The position numbers were made by a program, and so were the translations under genes. Shown piece by piece: positions 34,825-44,334 of a stretch of 64,000 nt of DNA (position 1 is its first letter; every line of letters begins with the position of its first letter). Under the pieces are notes generated by a model. The model was not told where the DNA came from. It did no database searches and was given only the letters and a program-made list of their open reading frames with translations. The DNA is from Candidatus Melainabacteria bacterium RIFCSPHIGHO2_02_FULL_34_12 (GTDB taxonomy: Bacteria; Cyanobacteriota; Vampirovibrionia; 2-02-FULL-35-15), in NCBI GenBank assembly GCA_001784555.1, contig MFRM01000003.1, forward strand, positions 188,615 through 252,614, read 5' to 3'.

Positions 34825-35654
34825 TTTATCTCATGCATCCTAACTATATTCGCTCCATTTTTAATAGCTAAATCTATTATTTCTTTTGATTTTGCTTTTA
34901 TATCTGAGTCAGGGAAAAGCTTTCTAATAAAAGATTTGTGCGAGGGTCCTATTAATATCGGATAACCAAGAGATTTAAACTCACTAAGATTTTGAATTAT
35001 ATAAAAATCTTCTTCAGGTGTTTTTCCAAAACCAAGTCCAGGATCAATTATTATATTTTCTTTTTTTACGCCGTTTTTAATTGCATAATTAGTTTGTTTT
35101 TTAAGCCATGCATATATTTGTTGAATCACCTCATCTCTCTTTCGCCAGTTCGCCGATTCGCCAGTTCGCCTCACCACCGGTTCTGGCTTTGTTGCTGGTA
35201 TTCCCTCATTATGCATAATGACTATCGGACAATTATTTTTAGCTGCCACATTTACCATATCTGGATCCATAGTAAGACCTGATACATCATTAATTATTTT
35301 TGCGCCGGCATTTATGGCTAGCTGAGCAACATTTGATTTGTAGGTATCTATGGAAATTAAAATTTCCTTCGCCGGTTCGCTGTTACGCCGGCTCGCCGAT
35401 ACGTTCTTAGTAAGTTCATAAATTACCGGTATAACTCTCTTTAATTCTTCTTCTTCTGAAATCAGGACTGCACCTGGTCTTGTAGATTCACCGCCAATAT
35501 CAATAATATCTACTCCGGATTTAATTAATTCATCTGCATGTTTAATTGCATCTTCTATATTTAAATATTTGCCGCCGTCAGAAAATGAATCTGGCGTAAC
35601 ATTTAAGATGCTCATAAATAGTAGTTTTGATTTTGTTATTGTCATGATTTCCAA
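34821..35654 (-). CDS. folP: Dihydropteroate synthase
   Basis: 277 aa. 'ILNVTPDSFSDGGKY', 'IIDIGGESTRPGA', 'ISIDTYK', 'IINDVSG', 'IIIDPGLGFGKT'. Carries two repeat-derived in-frame insertions. Confidence 0.9.
   Translation of the reverse strand: MEIMTITKSKLLFMSILNVTPDSFSDGGKYLNIEDAIKHADELIKSGVDIIDIGGESTRPGAVLISEEEELKRVIPVIYELTKNVSASRRNSEPAKEILISIDTYKSNVAQLAINAGAKIINDVSGLTMDPDMVNVAAKNNCPIVIMHNEGIPATKPEPVVRRTGESANWRKRDEVIQQIYAWLKKQTNYAIKNGVKKENIIIDPGLGFGKTPEEDFYIIQNLSEFKSLGYPILIGPSHKSFIRKLFPDSDIKAKSKEIIDLAIKNGANIVRMHEIN
35141..35183 (-). repeat. Octanucleotide array inside folP (minus strand GAACCGGT|GGTGAGGC|GAACTGGC|GAATCGGC|GAACTGGC|GAA)
   Basis: Encodes about 'VVRRTGESANWRK' in the loop after 'MHNEG'. 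E. coli FolP, as I recall it, is shorter here. Confidence 0.75.
35367..35409 (-). repeat. Octanucleotide array inside folP (minus strand AAGAAC|GTATCGGC|GAGCCGGC|GTAACAGC|GAACCGGC|GAAG)
   Basis: Encodes 'KNVSASRRNSEPAKE' between 'RVIPVI' and 'ISIDT'. Shares AGAACG.ATCGGCGAGCCGGCG with the array at 23332..23380. Confidence 0.8.
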
Positions 35655-35723
35655 CCTTAGAGAAATTTAATTTATCAGTGTAACCTACGGTATCATGTTG
35701 ACATATTAGACCAAAGTATAATC

Positions 35724-35942
35724 ATGCCTATGGTTAAAGAATATTATCAAACTGAGGAACAGCTTTTTGGATTATACCGTTTTCTGGTTTTGTTACGAAA
35801 CGATAAGATATATTGGCATGAGGTTGTGCCAAGTGGAGATAAAATTAAAGTAATAGTCGAAGAACAAAAGGGAGAATTTGATTTAAGAGTTTTCTATGTA
35901 CATGAAAATGGGGAGGCTTACCCGGATGACTTTCGAGATTGA
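35724..35942 (+). CDS. Hypothetical small protein
   Basis: 72-aa ORF. No family recognised. Confidence 0.4.
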   Translation: MPMVKEYYQTEEQLFGLYRFLVLLRNDKIYWHEVVPSGDKIKVIVEEQKGEFDLRVFYVHENGEAYPDDFRD

Positions 35943-36309
35943 TTACACTAAACTTTCAACAACGGCTCTAAAAGACTTAATTCTACAAAAAGATCCTAGA
36001 GCTCATGAAGAATACCTGAGAAGAACAAGTTTAAATGATCGTTCTTACTGTAGTCCAGATTTTGAAGAATTTCTACAAGAATGGAATGAATTAAAATTAG
36101 AAGAAACTAAAATCGAAAAAAGCATTGACTATAAAAAATTAACAATAAAAGAATTGAGAAGACTTATAACACTAGGTGTAAAAGAAGCACTTGATGAATT
36201 TGACAGGCGCATACAAAGCAGTGAAATAAAAAGAAGAAGCTATTCAATTAAAGAAATTGAAGAAATGATAGCAAATCCAGGTTTAGCAAAGAAATTAAGG
36301 TTTATTTAA
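35926..36309 (+). CDS. Hypothetical protein
   Basis: ORF 35896..36309. The ATG at 35926 ('MTFEIDYTKL') overlaps the previous ORF by 17 nt. Charged and helical. The start is uncertain. Confidence 0.4.
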   Translation: MTFEIDYTKLSTTALKDLILQKDPRAHEEYLRRTSLNDRSYCSPDFEEFLQEWNELKLEETKIEKSIDYKKLTIKELRRLITLGVKEALDEFDRRIQSSEIKRRSYSIKEIEEMIANPGLAKKLRFI

Positions 36310-36315
36310 TTTTAT

Positions 36316-37311
36316 TTACTTTCCGAAAAGTTTTTTCAATTCTTCTTTTAAGATTGGCACTACTTTAAATAAATCATCTACAATTCCATAGTCACATTTT
36401 TTAAATATCGGGGCATTTGGGTCCTTGTTTATGGCTACAATAACTTTTGAGCTGCCCATACCTGCAAAATGTTGAATAGCACCTGAAATTCCACAGGCTA
36501 TATATAACTGTGGTGAAACAGTCTTCCCCGTCTGACCTACCTGCATGCTATGTGGAGCATAGCCTGAATCTACTGCAGCCCGCGAAGCTCCTACTGCTGC
36601 ACCAATAATTTCTGCAGTTTCAAACAAAATCTTATAGCTATCCCAGTTCCCCATAGCTCGCCCGCCTGAAATAACAATAGGTGCCTCAGTAAGAGAGGTT
36701 TCCTTACTCTTTGATTTAACCAGTTCTTTTATTTTTTGTTTTAATGCTGCTTGATCAATATTTACAGCTTCAGTTATTACTTCCGAGATTTTTGGCTCTA
36801 CATTTTGGGGCATAAGTGTATTTGGTCTGAAAGTTACAAGTTTTGGTCTATGTTCTTCATTAAATTTTAGCTTTGCAATGACTTTATTTGAATACATTGT
36901 TTTAGTGATCAAAAGACTTGTACCTTCAAGCTTTACATCAGTACAATCCATTACTAACCCGCTACTGGTATGGAATGAAGCAGCAGGAAAAAGATCCTGA
37001 GAATATAAAGAATTAACTCCAAATAAAAAATCCGGGTTTTGATCTTTTACAATTTTTATAAAGATCTTCATATAAACATCAGAATTATATGCTTCAAGAC
37101 TTTTATCATTTGCAAGAATAATTTTTTCTACGCCGCATAAACCAAGCTGTCCTTGAATCTTTGCAGAGTCAAGATTTGCACCAATTATTAAAGCAGCGAC
37201 TTTACCTTTTAAATCATCAGCTATATTTCGTGCTGTCATCAAAACCTGTTTTGAAGGCTTTGTTATATCACCATCTTGGTTATTTTCAGCCAGGACTAAA
37301 ATATTTACCAT
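36316..37311 (-). CDS. etfA: Electron transfer flavoprotein alpha subunit
   Basis: 331 aa. 'VISGGRAMG', 'GASRAAVDSGYAPHSMQVGQTGKTVSPQLYIACGISGAIQHFAGM', 'IVAINKDPNAPIF'. Confidence 0.9.
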   Translation of the reverse strand: MVNILVLAENNQDGDITKPSKQVLMTARNIADDLKGKVAALIIGANLDSAKIQGQLGLCGVEKIILANDKSLEAYNSDVYMKIFIKIVKDQNPDFLFGVNSLYSQDLFPAASFHTSSGLVMDCTDVKLEGTSLLITKTMYSNKVIAKLKFNEEHRPKLVTFRPNTLMPQNVEPKISEVITEAVNIDQAALKQKIKELVKSKSKETSLTEAPIVISGGRAMGNWDSYKILFETAEIIGAAVGASRAAVDSGYAPHSMQVGQTGKTVSPQLYIACGISGAIQHFAGMGSSKVIVAINKDPNAPIFKKCDYGIVDDLFKVVPILKEELKKLFGK

Positions 37312-37479
37312 AACATGATTATCCTATACAATAAAGAAATGACCGGTATGGAAATTGGAATTATTGTAACAGTAGGAGTAATAATAGTAAATCTCTTAAT
37401 TTTTTCATTCCTGCCAATAGGAATAAAAAAGATCATGAGTAGGGGCAAATCCAAGTGTTTGCCCAAATAAAAAAGTGTA

Positions 37480-38280
37480 ATGAATATTATAGTAATAATC
37501 CGACAAACTCCCGACACTGAAACCAAAATTAAAATTGGTTCCCAGCCAAATAAAATTGATCCGACTGGAATTACATGGATCATAAATCCATACGATGAAT
37601 TTGCAATTGAAAAAGCACTTAAGATTAAAGAACAAATAGGCACAGATGGTGTAGAGACACACTGCAGTGTGTCTCTATTAGCATGCGGTCCTCAAAGAAC
37701 TGAAGAATCCATACGCCAGGGGCTTGCTATGGGTGCAGACAGAGCAGTCTTTATAAAAGATGATTCTTTAGAATATGCAGATCCTTACGTAATTTCAAAG
37801 CTATTAGCTTCTGAACTTAAAAACATGCAGTATGATTTATTGCTCTCAGGTAAAAAATTAATTGATATTGAATCAAGTCAAATTCCTATATTTATAGCAG
37901 AAGAGCTTGGTTTAACACATGTAAGTTTTGTGATGAAGTTTACTGGAATTGATGCAGCAAATAAAAAAATTACTTGTGATCGTGAAGCTGAAGGTTCTCA
38001 TGAAATAATTGAGGTTTCTCTTCCAGCACTTATTACATGTGACCGAGGAGAAGATTTCCCGCGTTATGCATCAATAACAGGCATCATGAAGGCAAAAAAG
38101 AAAGAAATCAAAGAAATAACGGTATCAAAAGAAGAAATAGAAAAATTTGGACAAAGAACTGAAATTGTAAGTTTTGATCTGCCACTTAGTAGAAAAGAAG
38201 CAAAAATATTTGAGGGCGAAATACCAGAAAAAGTATCTGCACTTGTAAAAGCCCTTCGCGAGGAAGCTAAGGTCATCTGA
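37480..38280 (+). CDS. etfB: Electron transfer flavoprotein beta subunit
   Basis: 266 aa. 'MNIIVIIRQTPDTETKIKI', 'INPYDEFAIEKALKIKE', 'LAMGADRAVFI'. Transcribed divergently from etfA. Confidence 0.9.
   Translation: MNIIVIIRQTPDTETKIKIGSQPNKIDPTGITWIINPYDEFAIEKALKIKEQIGTDGVETHCSVSLLACGPQRTEESIRQGLAMGADRAVFIKDDSLEYADPYVISKLLASELKNMQYDLLLSGKKLIDIESSQIPIFIAEELGLTHVSFVMKFTGIDAANKKITCDREAEGSHEIIEVSLPALITCDRGEDFPRYASITGIMKAKKKEIKEITVSKEEIEKFGQRTEIVSFDLPLSRKEAKIFEGEIPEKVSALVKALREEAKVI
37652..37677. repeat. Perfect 26-nt palindrome inside etfB (TAGAGACACACTG|CAGTGTGTCTCTA)
   Basis: Encodes about 'VETHCSVSL'. Its arms match the palindrome inside the RAYT gene (GTAGAGACA...TGTCTCTAC). Confidence 0.9.
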
Positions 38281-38283
38281 CCT

Positions 38284-38817
38284 TTAAAACATTACCAAAC
38301 TTAAAGCAGCCACTGTTTTCCCGTCACGGATTTCACCGTCTTTCACCATCTGCCAGGCTTGTTTTAAATCCATTACTTTTACTTCTATATTTTCATCTGC
38401 ATCCAGCTCCTGTTCATCATCAACAAGTTCAGTAGCTTTAAAAAAATATAATACTTCCGTGCTGTAACCAGGGACTGGATAAATAATTCCTAAATGCTCC
38501 CATTTATTTGCAATATAACCAGTTTCTTCTTTTAATTCTCTTTTTGCAGCATCAAGAGGGATCTCATTTATGTTTAATCTTCCTGCCGGAACTTCCCAGA
38601 AAACTTTACCGATAGGATATCTGAATTGTCTTATTAAAACAATTTTGCTTGGATCCGGCTGAGCAATAATAGTTGCTCCGCCGTTATGAATTATTACTTC
38701 TCTTACTGCATCTTTCCCGTCAGGCAGGCGCACTTTATCCACCACGAGAGTAAGAATCTTGCCCTCGTATACTTTGTTTGAGCTTTCTTTTACTTCTATA
38801 AGATCTTTAGTTGTCAT
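38284..38817 (-). CDS. Nudix hydrolase, ADP-ribose pyrophosphatase-like
   Basis: 177 aa. 'VLIRQFRYPIGKVFWEVPAGRL...AAKRELKEETGY'. Confidence 0.8.
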   Translation of the reverse strand: MTTKDLIEVKESSNKVYEGKILTLVVDKVRLPDGKDAVREVIIHNGGATIIAQPDPSKIVLIRQFRYPIGKVFWEVPAGRLNINEIPLDAAKRELKEETGYIANKWEHLGIIYPVPGYSTEVLYFFKATELVDDEQELDADENIEVKVMDLKQAWQMVKDGEIRDGKTVAALSLVMF

Positions 38818-38853
38818 GCAATAAAACCTACCCTAATTCTACTTTATCTTTAT

Positions 38854-40344
38854 CTATTTACACAATATATTTTTAATTGCACTGGGTAAATAAGAAATTA
38901 AATCCTGCGGAAGTAAAGAAAATACGGTTTTATCTCGTGTAATCAGCTCTGCTGTTTTACCATGCAAATAAACTCCAACACAGGCAGCCAGGGGTGGTTT
39001 TAGTCCCTGAGCAATAAGCCCACCGATAAAGCCTGAGAGCACATCACCAGTTCCACCTTTAGCAAGTGCAGCATTTGAGAAAGGAGAGATATAAACTGTT
39101 TCATCTTTATGCGAAATAATGGTTGCAGGTCCTTTTAATACTACTGTACAACTAAGCTCTTTTGCAGTAGATTTTGTAAGTTCAAGCTTATTATTTAATA
39201 TCTCGTCAATGTTTTTTCCTAAAAACCTTGCAAATTCCTTAGGGTGTGGGGTTAAAATAATTTCCTTTTTTGCTTGCTTGATAATATCTTTTTCTTCTTT
39301 TAGTACATTAATTCCATCTGCATCTAAAACTATAGGGATATTTGCTTTAGTTATAAGATCCTTTACAAGTTTTTCAATCTCAGGCTCAGCAGTAAGACCA
39401 GGTCCTATTACTAAAACATTTGATTTCATGCTTTCTTCAAGAATACTTGATAAATTAAAATCTACGTGTGTAATCTCAGGTGTAACTGCAGTAATTTGTT
39501 GAAAGACTTCTTCTGTTGAAGCTAAAGCTGTTAAGCCCGACCCAATAGCTGCTGCTGCTTTGCCGGAAAGCAGCGCAGCACCTGGATATTTTTTGCTTCC
39601 GCAGACAAGGAGTGTTTTACCAAAGGTTCCTTTATTTGAATCATCCGGTCTTTTTGGTAAATTCTCTATTAGAAACTTATCATCCAATAAATATTGATTT
39701 GTACTGATATCAGGCAGCCCAATATCAACTACACGAACAATACCAGCATGCTTTTTACCAGGATAAATCATGAGTCCGGCTTTAGGATATCCAAAAGTTA
39801 CAGTTAAATTTGCTTTAATTGCCTTTGAATTAATTCTACCCGTGTCAGGATCAACTCCTGTTGGAATATCACAGGCAATCACAGTTTTTTTTGAATCATT
39901 TATAGAATTAATGATCCATTCATAAAAGGACGATAGCTTTTTATTTGTACCTGTTCCAAGTAAACAATCAATTACAGTATTTGAATTATTTAATGCATTA
40001 AAAAAGTTGTTGTCCTTTTCGTCTTGGATTTTTAAACAAGGTATTTTCCCTTTAATCATATTGAAATTTACTTTTGCATCATGAGAAAACTCATCTTCAT
40101 TAGAAGTTAAAAAAACAAAGACCTTACTGCCTAAGTTGTTAAGATATCTGGCTGCTACAAGACCATCGCCTGCATTGTTCCCTTTTCCGCAAACTATCAG
40201 GTAAGGTTCTTTATATTCACGTGCAATTTCAGCCAGTCCAGATCCTGCTACTTCCATCAGAGTAAGTGACCATTCAGGACTGATTTTATCAACTAAAGAT
40301 TTCTCTAAACTCCTGATTTGTTCTGAATTAACCAGCTTTATCAT
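38854..40344 (-). CDS. nnr: Bifunctional NAD(P)H-hydrate epimerase / ADP-dependent dehydratase
   Basis: 496 aa. YjeF_N 'CGKGNNAGDGLVAARYL'. C-terminal kinase-like 'LDADGIN' and 'AKGGTGDVLSGFIGGLIAQG'. Confidence 0.9.
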   Translation of the reverse strand: MIKLVNSEQIRSLEKSLVDKISPEWSLTLMEVAGSGLAEIAREYKEPYLIVCGKGNNAGDGLVAARYLNNLGSKVFVFLTSNEDEFSHDAKVNFNMIKGKIPCLKIQDEKDNNFFNALNNSNTVIDCLLGTGTNKKLSSFYEWIINSINDSKKTVIACDIPTGVDPDTGRINSKAIKANLTVTFGYPKAGLMIYPGKKHAGIVRVVDIGLPDISTNQYLLDDKFLIENLPKRPDDSNKGTFGKTLLVCGSKKYPGAALLSGKAAAAIGSGLTALASTEEVFQQITAVTPEITHVDFNLSSILEESMKSNVLVIGPGLTAEPEIEKLVKDLITKANIPIVLDADGINVLKEEKDIIKQAKKEIILTPHPKEFARFLGKNIDEILNNKLELTKSTAKELSCTVVLKGPATIISHKDETVYISPFSNAALAKGGTGDVLSGFIGGLIAQGLKPPLAACVGVYLHGKTAELITRDKTVFSLLPQDLISYLPSAIKNILCK

Positions 40345-40345
40345 T

Positions 40346-40834
40346 TTAGTTTTCTACAATCATTAATTTGGATTTTTTTGAGTAATCAATCTGGGCAATA
40401 TTTTCAAAGGTAATTTTATCCCCTGCCTTAATTTCAAATTCATCTGCAAAACCACCATTCACCTCTACAACTTCAGTAATTATTTCATCAGAGCTGTATA
40501 AAATATGGGTTTGATTAGGTTCGGTATTTTTAACAATTTTTACTATTGTGCCTTCTTTTATAAAGATCATATCAAGAGGAATCAATGTATCCTTCATCCA
40601 GAAAGTAACAGAGGAAGGCGGTCTAAAAATAAAAACCATTCCACGATCTTTTTTAAGGCTTGGTCTGTTCATTAGTCCTTTTTGTTTTTCTTCAGGTGTA
40701 TCAGCTACTTCTAAAAAAATAGTGGCATCTTTTTTACCGCTAAATTTTATAAGGCCTTCAATAGCTTTTGCTGAATCTGCTGCCTGAATACAAAGCAAAA
40801 AAGATAAAATTAAAAATATGGATGCTTTTTTCAT
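40346..40834 (-). CDS. DUF192-domain secreted protein
   Basis: ORF to 40861. The ATG at 40834 gives the signal peptide 'MKKASIFLILSFLLCIQA'. 'EVADTPEEKQKGLMNR...GMVFIF...FWMKDTLIPLDMIFI'. Confidence 0.75.
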   Translation of the reverse strand: MKKASIFLILSFLLCIQAADSAKAIEGLIKFSGKKDATIFLEVADTPEEKQKGLMNRPSLKKDRGMVFIFRPPSSVTFWMKDTLIPLDMIFIKEGTIVKIVKNTEPNQTHILYSSDEIITEVVEVNGGFADEFEIKAGDKITFENIAQIDYSKKSKLMIVEN

Positions 40835-40888
40835 AGGATCTACATTATAATTTATACCCAAATAAACAAAATTGGGAGTATATCATCA

Positions 40889-42424
40889 TTACCAGCCGTA
40901 TTTCGAATAAAACGTAATCTTATTATTTGGATTAATCCAGTCAATTAAAACTCCCTGAGTATTTGGAATTGACTGACTGTTGATTTTTCCGGATTGATCT
41001 ATAAAAGCTGAAATACCGTTATTGGCAGCAATTATAACTGGCCTTCTGTTTTCTATTGCCCTGAAAACTGCAAATGCCAGAAACTGCTGCTTAATTCTGT
41101 CATTATTAAACCAGCTTAAGTCAGAAAGATTTATTAATAAGTTTGCTCCTTCCAATGAATGTTTTCTGACAATTCTGGGAAATATTAATTCAAAACAAAT
41201 ATTAATCCCTGCATTTCCAATGGAAGTTTTAATGGGTAAAGTTTCTCTGCCTTTGCTAAATCCTTCACCTATGAGATTACTTGCAAATCTTTTTAAAAAC
41301 TGAGGCAAAATCCATGAAAAAGGAGTATACTCACCAAACGGTACCAACCTCTCTTTCTCATAATGAAAAAACTTATTTTTTTGTGGGGAAAATAAAACTG
41401 CACAATTAGTTAATTTTTCATTTTCTCCACAATATGAACCGGAAATTATATCTGCCTGCTTATTTTTAGCAACAGTTTTTAACCAGTACTGAACATTGAC
41501 ATCTTGATCAAAAACCACTGGCAAAGCGCCTTCTGGAATAACCAGAAGTTTTGCATTATTATTTGAAAGCAAGCCACTATATGTTTTCTTTGCAAATGAA
41601 ATGTCTTGTTTGCCGCCACGTGTAACTTTTAAAGGCAGATTCCCTTGTAAAACACACACACTCTGAGATAAGTTAGAAAAATGTTGTTTGTTTATGCCAT
41701 ATAGAAAAATACCTGTGAAAAGACTAAATGAAATCAAAACTATTATTAAAGCAAACCCCTTAAATATTGTTTCAAGCTGTCCCGGGTCCCTGGAGACATA
41801 TCTTCCTGCAATTCTTTCTATATTAAACATCCAGATTAAAAGTTCTGAAAAAACAAAATTAAAAATTACTATTAAAAACCCAATTGACAAACTGCCAAAA
41901 CACTCAGCAATCTGAATTAAGAAAATATTTTTATACTGACTATATTCAATCAATGTCCAAGGAAAACCAAACAATATTTCCCATTCTTGAATCTTATTAA
42001 AAATTAAAACCCACAAAAAAGAATTAAGCATGATATTTGGTATGCCTTCGTTATACGGATTAAACGGGGCTTTTTTTAAATAACGGACGATTATTGCAAA
42101 AATAACAAAATAAAGTGAGTTTAATACACTTACAGCCGTATGAACAAATAATGAAATTAAAATGCTGCTTGGCTTATTAAAGCCAAGCCAGCTAAGGGGG
42201 TGAAGAGAAAATAACCAGTGCAAATACCAGAAGTTATATGCAAAACCAAAGATAAAGGAATAAATTACAGCTTCATTTATTTTTTTTGAAGTGTTTATAA
42301 TAATAAAAAGCGGCGAAAGGCATATCCATGCAAGAAACCATAAGTTATAACCCGGTGCACTAAGAGATAAAAGGAATCCGCTTACAAGCATGAGAAAAAG
42401 TTTTGCCGGCAGGTTCATTGACAT
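40889..42424 (-). CDS. lnt: Apolipoprotein N-acyltransferase
   Basis: 511 aa. Polytopic N-terminal part plus a CN-hydrolase domain ('LVIPEGALP', 'KERLVPFGEYTPF', 'INICFELIFP'). Confidence 0.88.
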   Translation of the reverse strand: MSMNLPAKLFLMLVSGFLLSLSAPGYNLWFLAWICLSPLFIIINTSKKINEAVIYSFIFGFAYNFWYLHWLFSLHPLSWLGFNKPSSILISLFVHTAVSVLNSLYFVIFAIIVRYLKKAPFNPYNEGIPNIMLNSFLWVLIFNKIQEWEILFGFPWTLIEYSQYKNIFLIQIAECFGSLSIGFLIVIFNFVFSELLIWMFNIERIAGRYVSRDPGQLETIFKGFALIIVLISFSLFTGIFLYGINKQHFSNLSQSVCVLQGNLPLKVTRGGKQDISFAKKTYSGLLSNNNAKLLVIPEGALPVVFDQDVNVQYWLKTVAKNKQADIISGSYCGENEKLTNCAVLFSPQKNKFFHYEKERLVPFGEYTPFSWILPQFLKRFASNLIGEGFSKGRETLPIKTSIGNAGINICFELIFPRIVRKHSLEGANLLINLSDLSWFNNDRIKQQFLAFAVFRAIENRRPVIIAANNGISAFIDQSGKINSQSIPNTQGVLIDWINPNNKITFYSKYGW

Positions 42425-42465
42425 AGTAACTATTCTATTTGTTTTTAACTAAAAAAGAGATTTAT

Positions 42466-43005
42466 ATGAATAATTTGCTTCGAGTAGAAAGGAAAAACAA
42501 ATCTGTTGCAAGGCAGAATTTGTCCCAAACAAAAATAATAGGCATTGACCCAGGAAGCACAATGATAGGATATGGCGTAATAAGCTATAAAAACAGCGAC
42601 AAAAAACCAAAGGCAGTAGGATACGGCTATATTGACTTAAGAAAATACCCCTGTACTGCTGAAAGACTTCTGCAGTTATACAGAGACATGAAAGAATTAA
42701 TCAAGCACTATAAACCATTAAGCATTGCAATTGAAAATGTTTATTTATTTAAAAATGCTAAAACATTTACTCCTGTGATCCAATCAAAGGGTGTAATAAT
42801 ACTGGCTGCAGCAGAAGCATATATAAATATTTACGAGTATACTCCTCTTCAAATAAAACAAACTATTTCAGGATATGGAAAGGCAGATAAAATGCTCGTC
42901 CAAAAACTAATTCAAACTTCTCTTGGAATTAATTTAGAAATAAGTCCTGATGATACCTCTGATGCACTTGCCGTAGCACTTTGCCATATGAGACATTTGT
43001 TGTAG
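42466..43005 (+). CDS. ruvC: Crossover junction endodeoxyribonuclease RuvC
   Basis: 'IIGIDPGSTMIGYGVI', 'IAIENVY', 'SGYGKADK' and 'DDTSDALAVALCH'. ATG at 42466 within ORF 42439..43005. Confidence 0.88.
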   Translation: MNNLLRVERKNKSVARQNLSQTKIIGIDPGSTMIGYGVISYKNSDKKPKAVGYGYIDLRKYPCTAERLLQLYRDMKELIKHYKPLSIAIENVYLFKNAKTFTPVIQSKGVIILAAAEAYINIYEYTPLQIKQTISGYGKADKMLVQKLIQTSLGINLEISPDDTSDALAVALCHMRHLL

Positions 43006-43297
43006 AGGTAGGTAACCAAGCCTCAAATAAATATTTCAGCAATAAAACGTTATAAATCTTACAATTAAATAATCCTCTATTTCCTTTATTATATTGGAGT
43101 TTTAGGGATATCCAGAATTTTTTCCTAAGCTATGAAGATGATTTGTTGCACCAAATCTTAACCTAAATATGTTTCGTTTGAATAAGAGTAATTTAAGTGA
43201 AAATATAAAGGGCTATCTAGACACAAATATTGATTAAAGTATCTCCGTGATGGAAAGCACTGTATATAAGGGTCTAATAATATAGAATGCGCTTACT

Positions 43298-44299
43298 TTG
43301 CCGATTTTTCCTTATATCAGGCTGAAAGGACGTAAATTGAGTAAAAAAGAAAACAATAAGGCCGAGGTTGAAAATCAGTCAGCAAAAACAAACTCGAAAA
43401 GGAGTTATGAGACTGATCCGACCCTTAAAGACATAGCTTCAAATTTGAACGATAAGTTTAGTAGCTTGCGTGAAGGAAAAGAATCTTCACCTGTAGACTG
43501 CATAAATATTTTTGAAAAATTACATCCCCCTGCAGGTGAGATTAGTTCTTTTGCAAAGCAAATTGGCGAGCTGCCTGAATTAAAAGTTGATTTTAAAAAC
43601 TCTTTAAATAAAATAGCATCTACATTTAGAAATGCTTTTTCAAATATTACAGAATATAATGAAATTAACAGTCAGATTAAAGAATTACTTATAGAAAACT
43701 TTTTTCATACTGCAAGAGCACTGGCAATAGCAGTAGAGGCACGGGATCCGTATACAGGCGGACATTCAGATCGTGTTTTCCAGATTGCTACTGAACTGGG
43801 GAAAAGGTGCAACATAAGCATTACAGAACAACTTTATCTGGAAGGAGGAGCGCTTCTGCATGATGTCGGGAAAATTGCAGTTCGTGATGGCGTGTTACTA
43901 AAACCAGGACCTCTAACTGATTCAGAATATAAAGAAATGCAGTTGCATACCATTTTTGGTTCACAGATTGTAAAAAGAATGAGCTGCCTGCATGGCTGTG
44001 TAGATGCAGTGCTGTTACATCATGAAAGAATGGATGGCTATGGTTATCCTCATGGCTTAAAAGGCAAAGAAATCCCACTAATAGCAAGGATTACGTCAGT
44101 TGCAGATGCCTATGACGCAATGACTACAAACAGAATTTACAGAAAAGCATTGAGCCACGAACAGGCTCTTGAAGAAATCCTCAGAAACAGCGGCACACAG
44201 TTTGATCCTGAAATTGTAAAAGTATTTTTAATCTGGTGGGAAGATACTTTTCAGAAAAATCCAGCAAAAAGCAAAGAATTATACAAATACTCCAAATAA
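43298..44299 (+). CDS. HD-GYP domain phosphodiesterase
   Basis: 333 aa. 'DPYTGGHSDRV', 'GALLHDVGKIAV', 'HHERMDGYGYPHGLKGKEIPLIARI'. TTG start. Confidence 0.85.
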   Translation: MPIFPYIRLKGRKLSKKENNKAEVENQSAKTNSKRSYETDPTLKDIASNLNDKFSSLREGKESSPVDCINIFEKLHPPAGEISSFAKQIGELPELKVDFKNSLNKIASTFRNAFSNITEYNEINSQIKELLIENFFHTARALAIAVEARDPYTGGHSDRVFQIATELGKRCNISITEQLYLEGGALLHDVGKIAVRDGVLLKPGPLTDSEYKEMQLHTIFGSQIVKRMSCLHGCVDAVLLHHERMDGYGYPHGLKGKEIPLIARITSVADAYDAMTTNRIYRKALSHEQALEEILRNSGTQFDPEIVKVFLIWWEDTFQKNPAKSKELYKYSK

Positions 44300-44334
44300 A
44301 TACTAGTGCAACGTCAACTAAATAATTAAGTGTC

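Noticed and set aside
37305-37662. Two minus-strand ORFs (112 and 85 aa) across the etfA-etfB intergenic region
   Set aside because: They overlap the etfB 5' end in antisense and have a hydrophobic low-complexity composition from AT-rich DNA. etfA and etfB have clear homology-supported starts.
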